DNA of 64,000 nt from a virus (IMGVR_UViG_3300048086_000013:53-64052); one strand, 5' to 3'. Shown: positions 9,062-19,771, numbered from the stretch's first letter. The notes: generated by a model not told the origin, from the sequence alone. Program-made: numbers and translations.

Positions 9062-11059
9062 ATGCCTGACTTCATGAAGGGCGTCGAAGCGTTCCAGCAG
9101 GGCTCGGACTGGCGGCAACGTTTTCGCGCTAACAAACAGCTCGAAAAGGCTCGCGACCTCGCCCTCGAAGGCGGTGAGTACTCGATGGAGCAGCGTCGTG
9201 CGCTGCGCAAGATTCGCGACCCGGACACGGCCGGTGTGTTAGGCGCGCTCGATCCGAGCAGTGTCCCTGACTGGGGCGGCGGGCTCGAAGACCCGTTCGC
9301 CGTGAAGCTGATGGACTGGTTCAAGAGCCGCAAGGGGCGCAAGAAAGCCAAGAAGTCGGCCATCGATCTCGGTGATGAAGGTGCGTACGACTCGTCCAGC
9401 CCCACGGGTACCGGTGATGCTCCGATGGCGGCGCCCGCACCCGACATGGGTGGCGCAGAGACATTTCCGATGGAAGCGCAGCCGCAGATGCCGATGGAAG
9501 ACATGAATCCCGGCGCCGAACCGCAGAGCTACGCCGATGGTGGCGGCATCGACATGGAAGCCCTCAACGCAAAGCAGTTGCGTCAGGCGCAGTGGGAGAT
9601 TCTCAAGGATCGACTGGGCAAACTACCCGGTGCTGCTCGTGAAACGCTCACGGACGTAGACAGCGCGCTTGGCAAGTTCACTGGTCGCGCTGCGGAAGGC
9701 TCCGGCATGGTGAAGGGCGCTACGGCGGGCCTCAAGCGCGCTGGCGCTGCCGGTGCGTTGTTAGGTACGGCCCTCACGACGGGCTCAACCGACACCGAAG
9801 ACTACCGCAAGCGCTTCGGCATGGAGACGAATGACCCGTCGCTGGGCGGTGATATCGCCGCCCGTACACTCGGCGCCGCGTCCGATCTCGGCTCGATCCT
9901 CACCTTCGGTGCCGCTGATCGTTTCTATCGTGACAAGCAGGATCAGGGCGCAGCGCCCGCCGATCCCGCCGCAGCGGCTGCGCCCGAGCAGGCCATCCCC
10001 ACGGATGGCGGTTATGGTGGCGCGCAGAGCGATGTCAGCTCGCGTTCGCGCGGCGGTGGCCGCACGGCTCTACCTACCCAAGCGCAGCCTGAGACGGCGG
10101 ACTTCAGTGATCTCGACATCGATCCGAAAGATGTTCCGGACATGAAGACCAACGATTGGGTGAAGTATCGCGCGCAGGCGATGGACGCCGCCCGCCAGTC
10201 GGGTGATCCGGCCTCCGTGAAAGCCGCTGGTGATGCAGTTACGCAAATGCAGGTCGAAGGCTTTCAGAACTACGGCCAGCAGGGTCTTGCGCTTCAGCAG
10301 GCGGGCAACATCCGTGGCGCGATGGCTGCCTATCGTGCGGCCTTCCAGTATTTCCCGAACGGCAATGATGTCGAGTTCGGTGTACACAAAGGCAAGAGCG
10401 GTCGCCCGCAGATCGTCGGCGTCGGTCTCGATGAGAAGACCGGCAAGCGCGTGCCGGGTACAGAGTTGATCATGGACCCCGAGCGCGTCTCGGTGCTCCT
10501 CTCGAACTTCAAGAACCCCGCAGCGTTCGCGATGTGGACGAAGGATCATCGCGCCGAGCAGTTCCGCGAGCGTCAGTATCAGGAAGTCACCAAGCCGCTG
10601 GCGCAGGCCACGGCCGACTACCAAGCTAACAACTCGGAGGCGAACATCCTGCGCGCCGAGAATGCGCAGTTGAAGGCTGGTGGCGGTGGCGCGGCGGGTC
10701 AGGCGACTAACATGCGCAACGCCGAGCGTGCGTTCCGTGAGCGCGTCGGACAGATGGGTTTGGTCGATGAACCCACTGCGGATTTCCTTGCGAGTGTGAT
10801 GTCGCAGGTCAAAGCTGAAAATCCGAGCGTGCCTGACAACGTGATCATCCAGACCATCATGACGGCGCAACGCGACGGAACGCTCGCAGCTCGCATCCAG
10901 AAGATGGCTGGCGGCGGTGGAGGCGGTGGCGGTGCAGCTCCTACACAAGCCGCGCCGCCCACGCAGGCGATCCCGACCGATGAAGGCGACGCGGGTGATC
11001 CGGCCATGGCAGGATTGAGTCCCGAGGAAGTCGAATGGGCTAACCGCCCCGCGCAGTGA
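9062..11059 (+). CDS. DNA ejection/internal virion protein
   Basis: 665 aa, low-complexity Ala/Gly/Pro segments, located between the other ejection genes. Confidence 0.6.
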   Translation: MPDFMKGVEAFQQGSDWRQRFRANKQLEKARDLALEGGEYSMEQRRALRKIRDPDTAGVLGALDPSSVPDWGGGLEDPFAVKLMDWFKSRKGRKKAKKSAIDLGDEGAYDSSSPTGTGDAPMAAPAPDMGGAETFPMEAQPQMPMEDMNPGAEPQSYADGGGIDMEALNAKQLRQAQWEILKDRLGKLPGAARETLTDVDSALGKFTGRAAEGSGMVKGATAGLKRAGAAGALLGTALTTGSTDTEDYRKRFGMETNDPSLGGDIAARTLGAASDLGSILTFGAADRFYRDKQDQGAAPADPAAAAAPEQAIPTDGGYGGAQSDVSSRSRGGGRTALPTQAQPETADFSDLDIDPKDVPDMKTNDWVKYRAQAMDAARQSGDPASVKAAGDAVTQMQVEGFQNYGQQGLALQQAGNIRGAMAAYRAAFQYFPNGNDVEFGVHKGKSGRPQIVGVGLDEKTGKRVPGTELIMDPERVSVLLSNFKNPAAFAMWTKDHRAEQFRERQYQEVTKPLAQATADYQANNSEANILRAENAQLKAGGGGAAGQATNMRNAERAFRERVGQMGLVDEPTADFLASVMSQVKAENPSVPDNVIIQTIMTAQRDGTLAARIQKMAGGGGGGGGAAPTQAAPPTQAIPTDEGDAGDPAMAGLSPEEVEWANRPAQ

Positions 11060-11060
11060 C

Positions 11061-14000
11061 ATGGCGAACTACGACGAACTGTTTCCCGATGAGCCGCAGG
11101 AACCGTTTGCACCCATCCGCACTGGAAGGGTCAACCAGCAACTGACGGACATCCGCTCGCGCGTTCGCACTGCGATCCCGACGACGGGTGACATCAATCA
11201 GGGCTCGGGCAGCTTCCTCGACGCGTTCGGCGATCTCATGACCACGCCGCCCTCCTCTCCCCAATCGAATGGGGAAACCGAATGGAAGGACTACGGCAAG
11301 TCGGCTGTCGCTGGCGTCGGTGATCTCGGCCAAGCCGGAGCCGGTGGCGTCGAGTACTTCGCCAACCGGTACAAAGGCGCCGAGAGCACTCCGTTCGAGC
11401 AGAGCATGGGCGACCTCGCGGGAGCCGCGCGCGGTGGCCGTCAGGCATCGCAGAATTTCTCGCAGGACTGGTTTGCGTCGATGACTCCCGAGGCGCAAGC
11501 CCGTGCTGTGCGCGAGATCACGAACCTCGATCCGAACAAGACCATCTGGCAGGGCGGACCCGGCGAGTTCCTTTCCAGCGTGGGCTTGAAGCTCTCGCGC
11601 TCGGCGCCGTCTACGGCCGTGACCTTGCTGCCCGGTGCACTGATGATGCGCGCAGGATTGGGCGCTGGCTCCATCGCGTATCTCGGTGCATCCGAGGGTG
11701 CCCTGTCACTCGGCTCCATCGCGGCGAACATCGCGCAGGAAGTCGAGCAGGCTCCCGAGCAGGAGCTGATGCAGTCGCCCCGGTACAAAGAGCTTCGCAG
11801 CACGATGGACGAGCAGGCCGCGCGCCAGCAGCTCACCATCGAAGCGCAAGGCAACGCCCCGCTGATTGGTGGTCTCATCGTAGGTGCCATCTCGGCTGCC
11901 GCAGGACGCTACCTTGAGCCCGTCTTCGTGGACGCAGGCAAGGGCGCCCTGTCGCGCTTCGGCCGTGGCTACGCCTCAGAGGCGTTTCAGGAAGCTGGTC
12001 AATCGAGTGCGGAGCAGGTGGCCCAGAACGCCGCCGCCCAGCTCTACGACAAGGACCGCTCCCTCACCGAAGGTGTCGGTGAGCAGGCGCTTCAGGGCGG
12101 CATGGTGGGTGGCCTCATGGGCGGCGGCATGGCCGCGACGCTTGGCGGTGGCCATCAGACTCAATCGCCGCTCGGCGGAGAACCGGTAACCAGTCCAGAA
12201 CAACCAATCCCGGAAGGACCGCCGACGAGTTCTTTCCAAGACGTGTTTGGAGACGTGGCGCCGCGCGAGCCCACGCAGTTTGACGCCGAAGGTCAGGGCC
12301 TGATCGACACGAGCCCGATTGACCCGGCGATTCAGCAAGCGATGAACATCCGTCGCGAGACGAAGATGGACGACATGTTCGAGCCGCAGGGAATGACCCC
12401 GCAGGCCGAGCAGCAGTCGTACATGCAGAACCCGTGGCCCGTCGCCCAGCAGGGCATGGATTTGCCACAGGCGTCCACAGCGATGGTTCCGACGCAAGGC
12501 GAGCCCGTGCAGCCTCCGCTGGGATTGCGCGACCGTCAGCGTGGCGCTCCCCCCACGATTGTGGAGCCGATGGCTGCACAACCGATGCAGCAAGACCTCT
12601 CGCCGCCCGAGGGCTTCGCTGGTGCGCCAACCCAAGAAGCTGGTACGCCGGGACGTACGCGTGCGGACTTCCTGCGTAATCGCGCATCGCTGATGCAGAC
12701 TGCGCCGACCTTTGCTGATGAGAATCAGCAAGACATGTTCACCCCGCCTAACAACCAGATGGCGGACGAGCCGAGTGCCGAGCCCATTGGCGACTTGTTA
12801 GCCCAGTTGGAGGACTTGCGTGACCCCGACAGTAACCGTCTTGGAGTCTATCTATCCGGGGCAAACATTGATCAGCTTCGAGCCGATGGAACTTTCGAAG
12901 CAGTTCGAGGCGTGGGCGTCCCACTGGCTAACTTCGACGGAAAAGGCGGCACTCTCATCGCCAAAGATCGCCCGACTGCGGAGCATCTTATCGCGCTCCG
13001 TAATGAGGGCGGCGACATGCAACAGGTTCTTGGACTAGCAACAGGAGCAGGCATTGGGAAACCGGCTGGTGCGGATATCGCTGTTCAGCAGCGCGATGAG
13101 CAAGGCAACGTCGTACAGGAGTCGTTGGTTGCAACGCCTGAAGAAGCCGATGCACTGGCAGCCAGCTTCGAGGCACCGGGGCGTGAAGGCGTAGTCCTCT
13201 CGGCTGGCATGGCCATCAAGCGCCGTGCCCAGAAGATTGCTCAAGAATCCGCCGCTGCCCAACAGCAGCAGGCCGGAAAGAAGCTGTACCGCAAGGCCAG
13301 CGATCTCATCGACACGACCGTCACCGACCCGCTGCGTCAGGAAGAACTGCGCGACATCGCGCGTGCCGCCACCACGGGCAAGACCGAGGCGGATCGTCTG
13401 CGTGCGAAGGCGCAGATGGCGCGTGAGGCTCAAACTACTCAGGCGCGGCGCGAAGCGCAGTCGTTCGAAGCCCGTCAGAAGCTGGATACCTATACCGAGA
13501 AACAGATTGAGGGGCTGGATGACGAAGACCTCGAACCGGTTTTTCGAGAGGCAGCGGCGGTCGCCTCAGGTTCAAAGGTTAAACGTCGCAGCGATGACGC
13601 TCGTCCGATGGGTGAGGGCCGCAACGAGTTGTTTGTCCCCGACAAAGCAGGCCGAGCTGCCAGTGACGAAGGGGCCACCAACGTCGTGGTTGTCCACGGC
13701 CGGACCGTCGAAGAAATCATCGAAGCCCACAAAACGCGTTCCGAGAAGCTGAAGTTCATCGAGCGCGTGCAGCGCATGCAGCAGCGCCGTGAGCACGGTG
13801 GCCGTTCGAAAACCAAGCCAATCACCGCGACGACCGAACAGCGTGGCGAGAAGGGTGAGAAGGCTCCTGTCCGCAAGGCCGAGTTCAAGCCGACCCAGTT
13901 GTTCGACATCGCTCCTCCGCGCGAGATGTCGGTGGCGGACACGGTTGTCCACAACGAGAAGGTCAAGCAGACCTACGCTGATCTGGCAAAGACCCTTCAG

Positions 14001-17000
14001 AAGTTCAACGAGCGCATGGGCCAGCTCGGGAACAAGTTCGAAGCCGAGTGGCGCCAGCGCGAAGGCAACGGCAATCAGCCGCAGTCGGCGCGTGATGCGT
14101 TCTACGCTGGCGTGTACATGAACACTCTCATGCGCTACGGCCAACTGATGGAGCAGATGCACCCACGCTCTAACAAGGGCCTGAAGGAAGTTCAGCGCTT
14201 CATCAAGATCGTGGATGATCTGTCGGCGCTGCCGAACGACAAGTTCACGCAGAAGCTGGTGCGCCTAACCGAAGCCGAGATCGATGAGCAGGGGAACATC
14301 GTTGCCCGCGTCGATCCAAACGTATTGGGATTTGTTAGCGACAAGACTAAGCGCCGTGCGAAGGCGCTCAAGTCCGTTGCGAAGCTGGAGGAGCGCGTCA
14401 AGTGGGCCAAGCGCCTGCACGACGTGTGGCATAACGACAGCAAGTACGAGCAGTTCATCGCGCCGCTGATGCAGAAGCTGATCGGCTACGTGACGCATGA
14501 TAGTTCGCTCGGGAACATCGCGGTCGAGCGCCGTGGGCTCGGGTACACGCCCACCTTCAATGAAATGCGCAACCTCCGCTACGCGCTCCAGACCTTCAAG
14601 AAGACCGACAACGAGCAGCTCTACAAGCCGCTCAAGCGTTGGTTCTCGGACTTCGGTTACAAGTTCGATGACAAGGGCGATCTGGTACTCGCGCGCAACG
14701 CGAAGGAGTTCGAGTACGAGCAGCCCTCCGAATTGCTCAAGCAGGACCGCACAGCGTTCCTCAATCACCCCCAAAACTATGTGCAAAAGATGAGGGCAGC
14801 CGCTGCACAACGTCTGGATAAGATGTTGAGCGGTGAGCGCCGTCGTCGAGCGGAACTCACGGAAGCCCAGCGCATTCGCGAAGACCGCACGCTTGCCAAT
14901 CGTATTGAGAGGGATCGTCGCAGCACGATGAGCTACGCGCAGCGCACGGCGCTCGAAGCCCTCGACCGCCAGACCAAGCCGCTCGGACTCGAACTGTTGT
15001 CGCTGACTTCCGATGCTCCGGGCGTACGGCTTGCCGCCGAGGCCATTTCCAGTTTGTTAGAGGAGAACCAGTCCGGCTTCGTGCCGCTGACCGATCTTCT
15101 GAAGCTGGCATCATCCAAGATCGCGGCCGATCACGCGTACCAGCCGATCTTGCAGCGCCTGATCGCGCTCAACATGGCCGACGCCACGGTCACGTGGGAT
15201 CGTTCCGGTAAATTTGTTACCGGCATTGCCGACTACCGGCAGGTAGGTAGCAGCGAGCGCGTGATCCGCGTGAATCGTCCGAAGCTGGAGTCGTATCGCG
15301 CGACCGGCCAAGACCCGTCGTTCGGCTTCATGCACGCCATCATCCATGAGGCGGTGCACGCGGCGACAGTCGGTGCCATCCGCAACAACTTCACCTACGG
15401 CCGTGCGATCAACGTGCTTATCCGCCACATCAAAGCGCAGGCTGAAGCACGTGGCATCTCGACGCTCGACCCGGCGCTCGGCCGCAATCTCGAAGAGTTC
15501 TACGGCCTGATGGGCAAGAACGAAGAGTTCATTGCCGAGGCATTCTCGAACGAGCGTTTCCAGAAATTCCTGAAGTCCATCGACTTCGAACCGAAGAAGT
15601 CGGTGTGGCGCTACATGATCGACCTGATCAAGCGCTTCTTGGGTATGGCCGACACGCCTGAAGTGACCAACGCGCTCGACCTCGTTCTATCTACCACGGA
15701 CAAGCTGTTCACCGGCGAGCTGACCCGCCCCACGGCTGGCCATGGCGACGCGCTCAACATCGAAGACCAGTTCGCGCAGGGGCACGTCGGCAATCTCATC
15801 GACAAAGTGATGCAGAGCAATCGCGTCACCAAGGAAGTCCGCACGCGTGCGGCTAACATGCTTGAGATGAACAAGGAGGGTGGCTCACGCTTCCTCCTGT
15901 CGGCTCTCACCATGGAGCAGATTCGCGACTTCTATAACAAGTCGTTCGGTGGCAGCGGCGGACCTCTCAGCGAATACATGAAGGCGTTCTTCAAGCGCAA
16001 CGCCGACAACTCGGCGAACATGGAGACGGCTGACAAGCTCTCGCGGCGCTGGACGGCGCTGACCGAGGAGCACGGCGCCGAACAGGCGGTCGAGCTGTCG
16101 CGGATCATGTCCGAAGGTACGCTCTACGGCATCCATCCGAATGAGCCACTGGCTTCCACTGCGAACGCCACGGTCACGTCGGTGCCGCAGAAGCAGCGGT
16201 ACGCCGATCTCTCGAAGCGCTTCAAGGCGATGAACTCTGACTTCAAGAGTCTGTACAGCGATGCGCAGCAGTACTACGACGAGACGTTCAAGCGCGAAGT
16301 CGCGCTCGTGGCGCTGAACGCCATCCGGGCTTCCACGGGGTCTAACAACTTCAATTACGTCGAGCGGGATGTCGAGCGTCTGAAGTTGAACACCGTCAAA
16401 GGACTGGAGAAAGAATTCGGCGACCAGTTGAACGACAGTGAACGCAAACTGATCAGCCGCATCGCGGCGCTTCCTCAGAATCGTATCGGCCCGTACTTCC
16501 CGCTGATGCGCTTCGGTGATTACGTGGTCACGGCCGAGCGCGTAAAGGAGCGTAAGACCTTCTCAGACGCGGGCGCTGCACGCACGTGGGCTCAGGAACA
16601 GCGCGAGAACGACCCCACTCTGTCGGTCAGCTCCCCAATCGAGTCTGGAGGTTCCTTCACGGTGACGGTCACCGAGAAGGAAGTCCGCATGGCGGAGACT
16701 CCCAGCGAGGCCGAGCAGAACCGGGCCGACATGCTGGCCGAGTACGGCTCTGGAACCGTGTCTCAAGTCCAGCTCAAGGCGCAGTTGTATACACGTGGGG
16801 CAACCATTGAGTCCGGCTCGGGCCTCAAGACGATCCTCAACAAGCTCGACGGCAACCCTGCGGCACAAGCGGCGATCAAGGACTTCTACTTGCGGTCCCT
16901 TTCGGACGGCGCTTTCCGCAAGCGTGAGATCAAGCGCGCGAATCGTCGCGGCGTGAACTACGACACGCAGCACCGCACGTTTGCTAGTTACGCCAAGTCC

Positions 17001-18815
17001 GCCGCGTACTACACGTCGCAGCTTCGCTTCGGCTGGCAGATGGCCGACTCGCTCATCGACATGCAGAAGTACGTCGAGGAGACCGCGAAGGGCACGCACA
17101 CCGCCGACATCTCGCCCATTCGCATGGGCGAAGTAGTTCGCGAGATCAATACGCGCGACAAGCTGACGACCGAGCCGCTCGAAGTTTCCAAGCTCGTGCG
17201 TGGCGGCACTGAGCTGTCGCAGTTCATGATGCTGACCTCACCTAGCTACTGGATGATCAACCTGACGCAGCCGTGGATGGTGACCATGCCGTGGCTCTCG
17301 GCACGCTCCAGTCCCGGCGAAGCGTCGGCAGCATTGGCCAATGCACAGAAGCTGATTGCATCTCCCATCGTGAACCAGATGGTGGAGTCCGGTGGTGGAC
17401 TCAAGGCGCTGTGGTCGAAGGCTGGCGCCGAGAAGGCATTCACTGTGTTAGAGCAGGTGGAGAAGCACATCGCGCAGCGCGGTGGCCATCGCTCGCACGA
17501 ATACATCGCGATGCTTAACAAGCTCAAGCGTGAGAGCATCATCGACTTGTCCTTCGTGGCCGAGCTGCGTGACATCGCCGAAGGACAGAACACTTCGCTC
17601 ACGCAGCGTGTACTGGACGCCTCGCGGATCATGTCGCACCTGTCGGAAGTGAACAACCGCATCCTTACGGCCATCGCCGCGTTCGACCTGTACCGCAACA
17701 AAGGCGCGAGCATCGAGGAGTCCGAAGACTTCGCGAAGCAGGCGGTGTCGCTCACGCAGTTCAACTACTCGGCTGGCAACGCGCCGCGTCTGTTCACGGC
17801 TCGTGGCCCGCTCGGGCAGATGGGTCCGCTGGTGTTCCAGTTCATGAAATATCCGCAGCACATGTACGCGCTGCTGATCGACAACATGCGCCGCGCTGTC
17901 TACTCGGGTGGCATGGACCGCCAGATTGCGTTGAAGACTCTGGCAGGTTTGTTTGCCACTCACCTTGCAGCGGGCGGCATCATCGGCGCCATGCTCCAGC
18001 CGGTGAAGTGGGCGATTGGCTTGGCGCTCGCGGCATTCGGTGACGACGATGAACCGTACACGTTGAAGAATGCGCTCTCTGGCGAAACCTTCGACCGCAT
18101 GATCCGCAGCGCGACCGCCGAACTCTTCGGCACCGATGCAGGAGAGATCATCTCCGCTGGCCTGCCGCGCGCCGCTGGTGTCGACCTGTCGAGCCGCATG
18201 TCACTCGGATCGCTATACTTCGTGAACCTCAACACAGAGTCCGCAGACACTTTGTTAGGCACCATGGTGCAGAGCTTCGGTGGACCGTCTGTCAATCTGA
18301 TGTCGGGTTTCTACAAGGGCATGCAGTATATGGGCGAAGGGCAGGTGTCGAAAGGTGTCGAAGCCTTCTTGCCCAAAGGCGCGAAGGACATCGCGAAGGC
18401 GATCCGGTACTCGAACGACGGACTTACCGACGCGACTGGCAAAGAGATCATGGGCGCCAAGGACATGTCGCCGTGGGAGCTGTTCGCCCAGTCCATTGGC
18501 TTCGCTCCCAGCTCGGTTGCGGAGAAGTACGCAGCTCGTGCGGCCATCAAAGACGCGCAGTCCTACGACGATGACCGCCGCGCGAAGCTTATCCGTCGAT
18601 TCCAGAACGCATCCGTGGACGAGCGCGCGGGAATCATCTCGGAGATTACTTCGTTCAACCGTGCCAATCCTGCTGCCAGCATCTCGCGCAGCCAGCTCCT
18701 GAAGTCCATGCAGAGCTTCCGCCAGCGCGAAGCGCGGGTGAAGACTTATGGCTTAGACTTGCGCGGCGCCGATGTGGCGTACGCGGAAGAAGGTGAGCCC
18801 TATGAAACTGATTAG
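11061..18815 (+). CDS. Large polyvalent ejection protein with zincin-like metallopeptidase and PLxRFG domains
   Basis: 2584 aa; IIHEAVHAAT...EEFIAEAFSN (HExxH) and GPYFPLMRFGDYVV motifs; helical C-terminal region typical of large phage internal proteins. Confidence 0.75.
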   Translation: MANYDELFPDEPQEPFAPIRTGRVNQQLTDIRSRVRTAIPTTGDINQGSGSFLDAFGDLMTTPPSSPQSNGETEWKDYGKSAVAGVGDLGQAGAGGVEYFANRYKGAESTPFEQSMGDLAGAARGGRQASQNFSQDWFASMTPEAQARAVREITNLDPNKTIWQGGPGEFLSSVGLKLSRSAPSTAVTLLPGALMMRAGLGAGSIAYLGASEGALSLGSIAANIAQEVEQAPEQELMQSPRYKELRSTMDEQAARQQLTIEAQGNAPLIGGLIVGAISAAAGRYLEPVFVDAGKGALSRFGRGYASEAFQEAGQSSAEQVAQNAAAQLYDKDRSLTEGVGEQALQGGMVGGLMGGGMAATLGGGHQTQSPLGGEPVTSPEQPIPEGPPTSSFQDVFGDVAPREPTQFDAEGQGLIDTSPIDPAIQQAMNIRRETKMDDMFEPQGMTPQAEQQSYMQNPWPVAQQGMDLPQASTAMVPTQGEPVQPPLGLRDRQRGAPPTIVEPMAAQPMQQDLSPPEGFAGAPTQEAGTPGRTRADFLRNRASLMQTAPTFADENQQDMFTPPNNQMADEPSAEPIGDLLAQLEDLRDPDSNRLGVYLSGANIDQLRADGTFEAVRGVGVPLANFDGKGGTLIAKDRPTAEHLIALRNEGGDMQQVLGLATGAGIGKPAGADIAVQQRDEQGNVVQESLVATPEEADALAASFEAPGREGVVLSAGMAIKRRAQKIAQESAAAQQQQAGKKLYRKASDLIDTTVTDPLRQEELRDIARAATTGKTEADRLRAKAQMAREAQTTQARREAQSFEARQKLDTYTEKQIEGLDDEDLEPVFREAAAVASGSKVKRRSDDARPMGEGRNELFVPDKAGRAASDEGATNVVVVHGRTVEEIIEAHKTRSEKLKFIERVQRMQQRREHGGRSKTKPITATTEQRGEKGEKAPVRKAEFKPTQLFDIAPPREMSVADTVVHNEKVKQTYADLAKTLQKFNERMGQLGNKFEAEWRQREGNGNQPQSARDAFYAGVYMNTLMRYGQLMEQMHPRSNKGLKEVQRFIKIVDDLSALPNDKFTQKLVRLTEAEIDEQGNIVARVDPNVLGFVSDKTKRRAKALKSVAKLEERVKWAKRLHDVWHNDSKYEQFIAPLMQKLIGYVTHDSSLGNIAVERRGLGYTPTFNEMRNLRYALQTFKKTDNEQLYKPLKRWFSDFGYKFDDKGDLVLARNAKEFEYEQPSELLKQDRTAFLNHPQNYVQKMRAAAAQRLDKMLSGERRRRAELTEAQRIREDRTLANRIERDRRSTMSYAQRTALEALDRQTKPLGLELLSLTSDAPGVRLAAEAISSLLEENQSGFVPLTDLLKLASSKIAADHAYQPILQRLIALNMADATVTWDRSGKFVTGIADYRQVGSSERVIRVNRPKLESYRATGQDPSFGFMHAIIHEAVHAATVGAIRNNFTYGRAINVLIRHIKAQAEARGISTLDPALGRNLEEFYGLMGKNEEFIAEAFSNERFQKFLKSIDFEPKKSVWRYMIDLIKRFLGMADTPEVTNALDLVLSTTDKLFTGELTRPTAGHGDALNIEDQFAQGHVGNLIDKVMQSNRVTKEVRTRAANMLEMNKEGGSRFLLSALTMEQIRDFYNKSFGGSGGPLSEYMKAFFKRNADNSANMETADKLSRRWTALTEEHGAEQAVELSRIMSEGTLYGIHPNEPLASTANATVTSVPQKQRYADLSKRFKAMNSDFKSLYSDAQQYYDETFKREVALVALNAIRASTGSNNFNYVERDVERLKLNTVKGLEKEFGDQLNDSERKLISRIAALPQNRIGPYFPLMRFGDYVVTAERVKERKTFSDAGAARTWAQEQRENDPTLSVSSPIESGGSFTVTVTEKEVRMAETPSEAEQNRADMLAEYGSGTVSQVQLKAQLYTRGATIESGSGLKTILNKLDGNPAAQAAIKDFYLRSLSDGAFRKREIKRANRRGVNYDTQHRTFASYAKSAAYYTSQLRFGWQMADSLIDMQKYVEETAKGTHTADISPIRMGEVVREINTRDKLTTEPLEVSKLVRGGTELSQFMMLTSPSYWMINLTQPWMVTMPWLSARSSPGEASAALANAQKLIASPIVNQMVESGGGLKALWSKAGAEKAFTVLEQVEKHIAQRGGHRSHEYIAMLNKLKRESIIDLSFVAELRDIAEGQNTSLTQRVLDASRIMSHLSEVNNRILTAIAAFDLYRNKGASIEESEDFAKQAVSLTQFNYSAGNAPRLFTARGPLGQMGPLVFQFMKYPQHMYALLIDNMRRAVYSGGMDRQIALKTLAGLFATHLAAGGIIGAMLQPVKWAIGLALAAFGDDDEPYTLKNALSGETFDRMIRSATAELFGTDAGEIISAGLPRAAGVDLSSRMSLGSLYFVNLNTESADTLLGTMVQSFGGPSVNLMSGFYKGMQYMGEGQVSKGVEAFLPKGAKDIAKAIRYSNDGLTDATGKEIMGAKDMSPWELFAQSIGFAPSSVAEKYAARAAIKDAQSYDDDRRAKLIRRFQNASVDERAGIISEITSFNRANPAASISRSQLLKSMQSFRQREARVKTYGLDLRGADVAYAEEGEPYETD

Positions 18816-19203
18816 CCTCGCGCTGCTGTTGTTCGTTGGTGCGGCGCACGGTGCCTGCCCTGTCGTACCGTCGAACGTGGCGTGCGTGCAGTGGCAGCCA
18901 TCGGCAGGCTGGACCAACAACACTCCGTTCGCTCCCGGCACGGTCGTGACCTACACAGTCTGGCTGGTGAGCACGACGACTGCTACTTCGGTTGCAACGA
19001 CGACTGGCACAGATGCAACCATTCATGGGCTCAAATCAGGGAATCGTTGCTTCGTCGTGACAGCTTCGGCACTCCCGTTACCAGACCCTACATATAAAAA
19101 TCCCTCAGTGGATTCCAATCAGAGCTGCAAGCAGATACGCTTTCCCGGTCCCACTGACGGCAAGATCGAAGGGCCGACAGATGGCGCAATCGAACCCAAG
19201 TAA
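18802..19203 (+). CDS. FN3-like protein with an N-terminal signal-peptide-like sequence
   Basis: MKLISLALLLFVGAAHGA; W.P...TY.V...T.ATI.GL.SG..CF.VTA strand pattern; start placed at ATG 18802. Confidence 0.55.
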   Translation: MKLISLALLLFVGAAHGACPVVPSNVACVQWQPSAGWTNNTPFAPGTVVTYTVWLVSTTTATSVATTTGTDATIHGLKSGNRCFVVTASALPLPDPTYKNPSVDSNQSCKQIRFPGPTDGKIEGPTDGAIEPK

Positions 19204-19216
19204 CTAGGAGAGAAGA

Positions 19217-19543
19217 ATGTCTCACATTAAGGAGCTGGTGCTCCGTTTCAAACAGTCGACGGCGGCTGATGTCGTGAAGAACCGCGTGTATGTGCACGGC
19301 CCGAACCTGCCGTTCGATCCGCTCGCACCGTTCGACGAGATCGCGAAGCCCACCGCCGATGCGGATGGATTCACGCGCATCCCGCTCGCCAATCTACCGA
19401 AGCTCACGGGCCTCGAAGGTCAGTACGACCTCGACGTGACCGCGCTCGATGCCACCGGCAATGAGTCCGATCCGCTCGAAATCGACAACCAGACTTTCGA
19501 CCTCAGCCCGCCGGATGCTCCGACGGACGGCGCTGTCGAGTAA
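19217..19543 (+). CDS. FN3-like small protein
   Basis: YDLDVTALDATGNESDP is typical of the last FN3 strands; AGGAG RBS. Confidence 0.6.
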   Translation: MSHIKELVLRFKQSTAADVVKNRVYVHGPNLPFDPLAPFDEIAKPTADADGFTRIPLANLPKLTGLEGQYDLDVTALDATGNESDPLEIDNQTFDLSPPDAPTDGAVE

Positions 19544-19609
19544 AGGGCAAGCTCTCAATCGGGTGCATCAAGGTTCACGTCGACTTGATGATCGAATGGG
19601 AAAACGAGG

Positions 19610-19633
19610 AGGGGGCGTAAGCCCCCTTTTCTT
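19610..19633 (+). terminator. Rho-independent terminator
   Basis: AGGGGGC-GTAA-GCCCCCT hairpin followed by TTTCTT. Confidence 0.75.
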
Positions 19634-19651
19634 CAACTGAAGGAGACCGAC

Positions 19652-19771
19652 ATGTTGTTAGTCATCATTGGAATTGCGCTGGGTGCCGGTGGCGGCGAGC
19701 TGTTCAATCGCTACGCGCGAGCGAGGGTCGTGGCCACGGTCAAAAAGCTGATTGCGAAACTGGAGGACTAA
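19652..19771 (+). CDS. 39-aa putative membrane peptide (not in the ORF track)
   Basis: AAGGAG RBS, MLLVIIGIALGAGGGELFNRYARARVVATVKKLIAKLED, stop one base before the next ATG. Confidence 0.6.
   Translation: MLLVIIGIALGAGGGELFNRYARARVVATVKKLIAKLED

Noticed and set aside
10070-18550. Many long antisense and alternate-frame ORFs (e.g. 10070-11062, 11976-12731, 55509-56576)
   Set aside because: They are shadows of GC-rich genes on the opposite strand or frame, with no RBS, no motifs and Arg/Ala/Pro-biased composition
19540-19620. Open frame VKGKLSIGCIKVHVDLMIEWENEEGA overlapping the stop of 19217-19543, as a possible -1 frameshift extension
   Set aside because: No slippery heptamer or start/RBS is evident; short open frames are expected by chance
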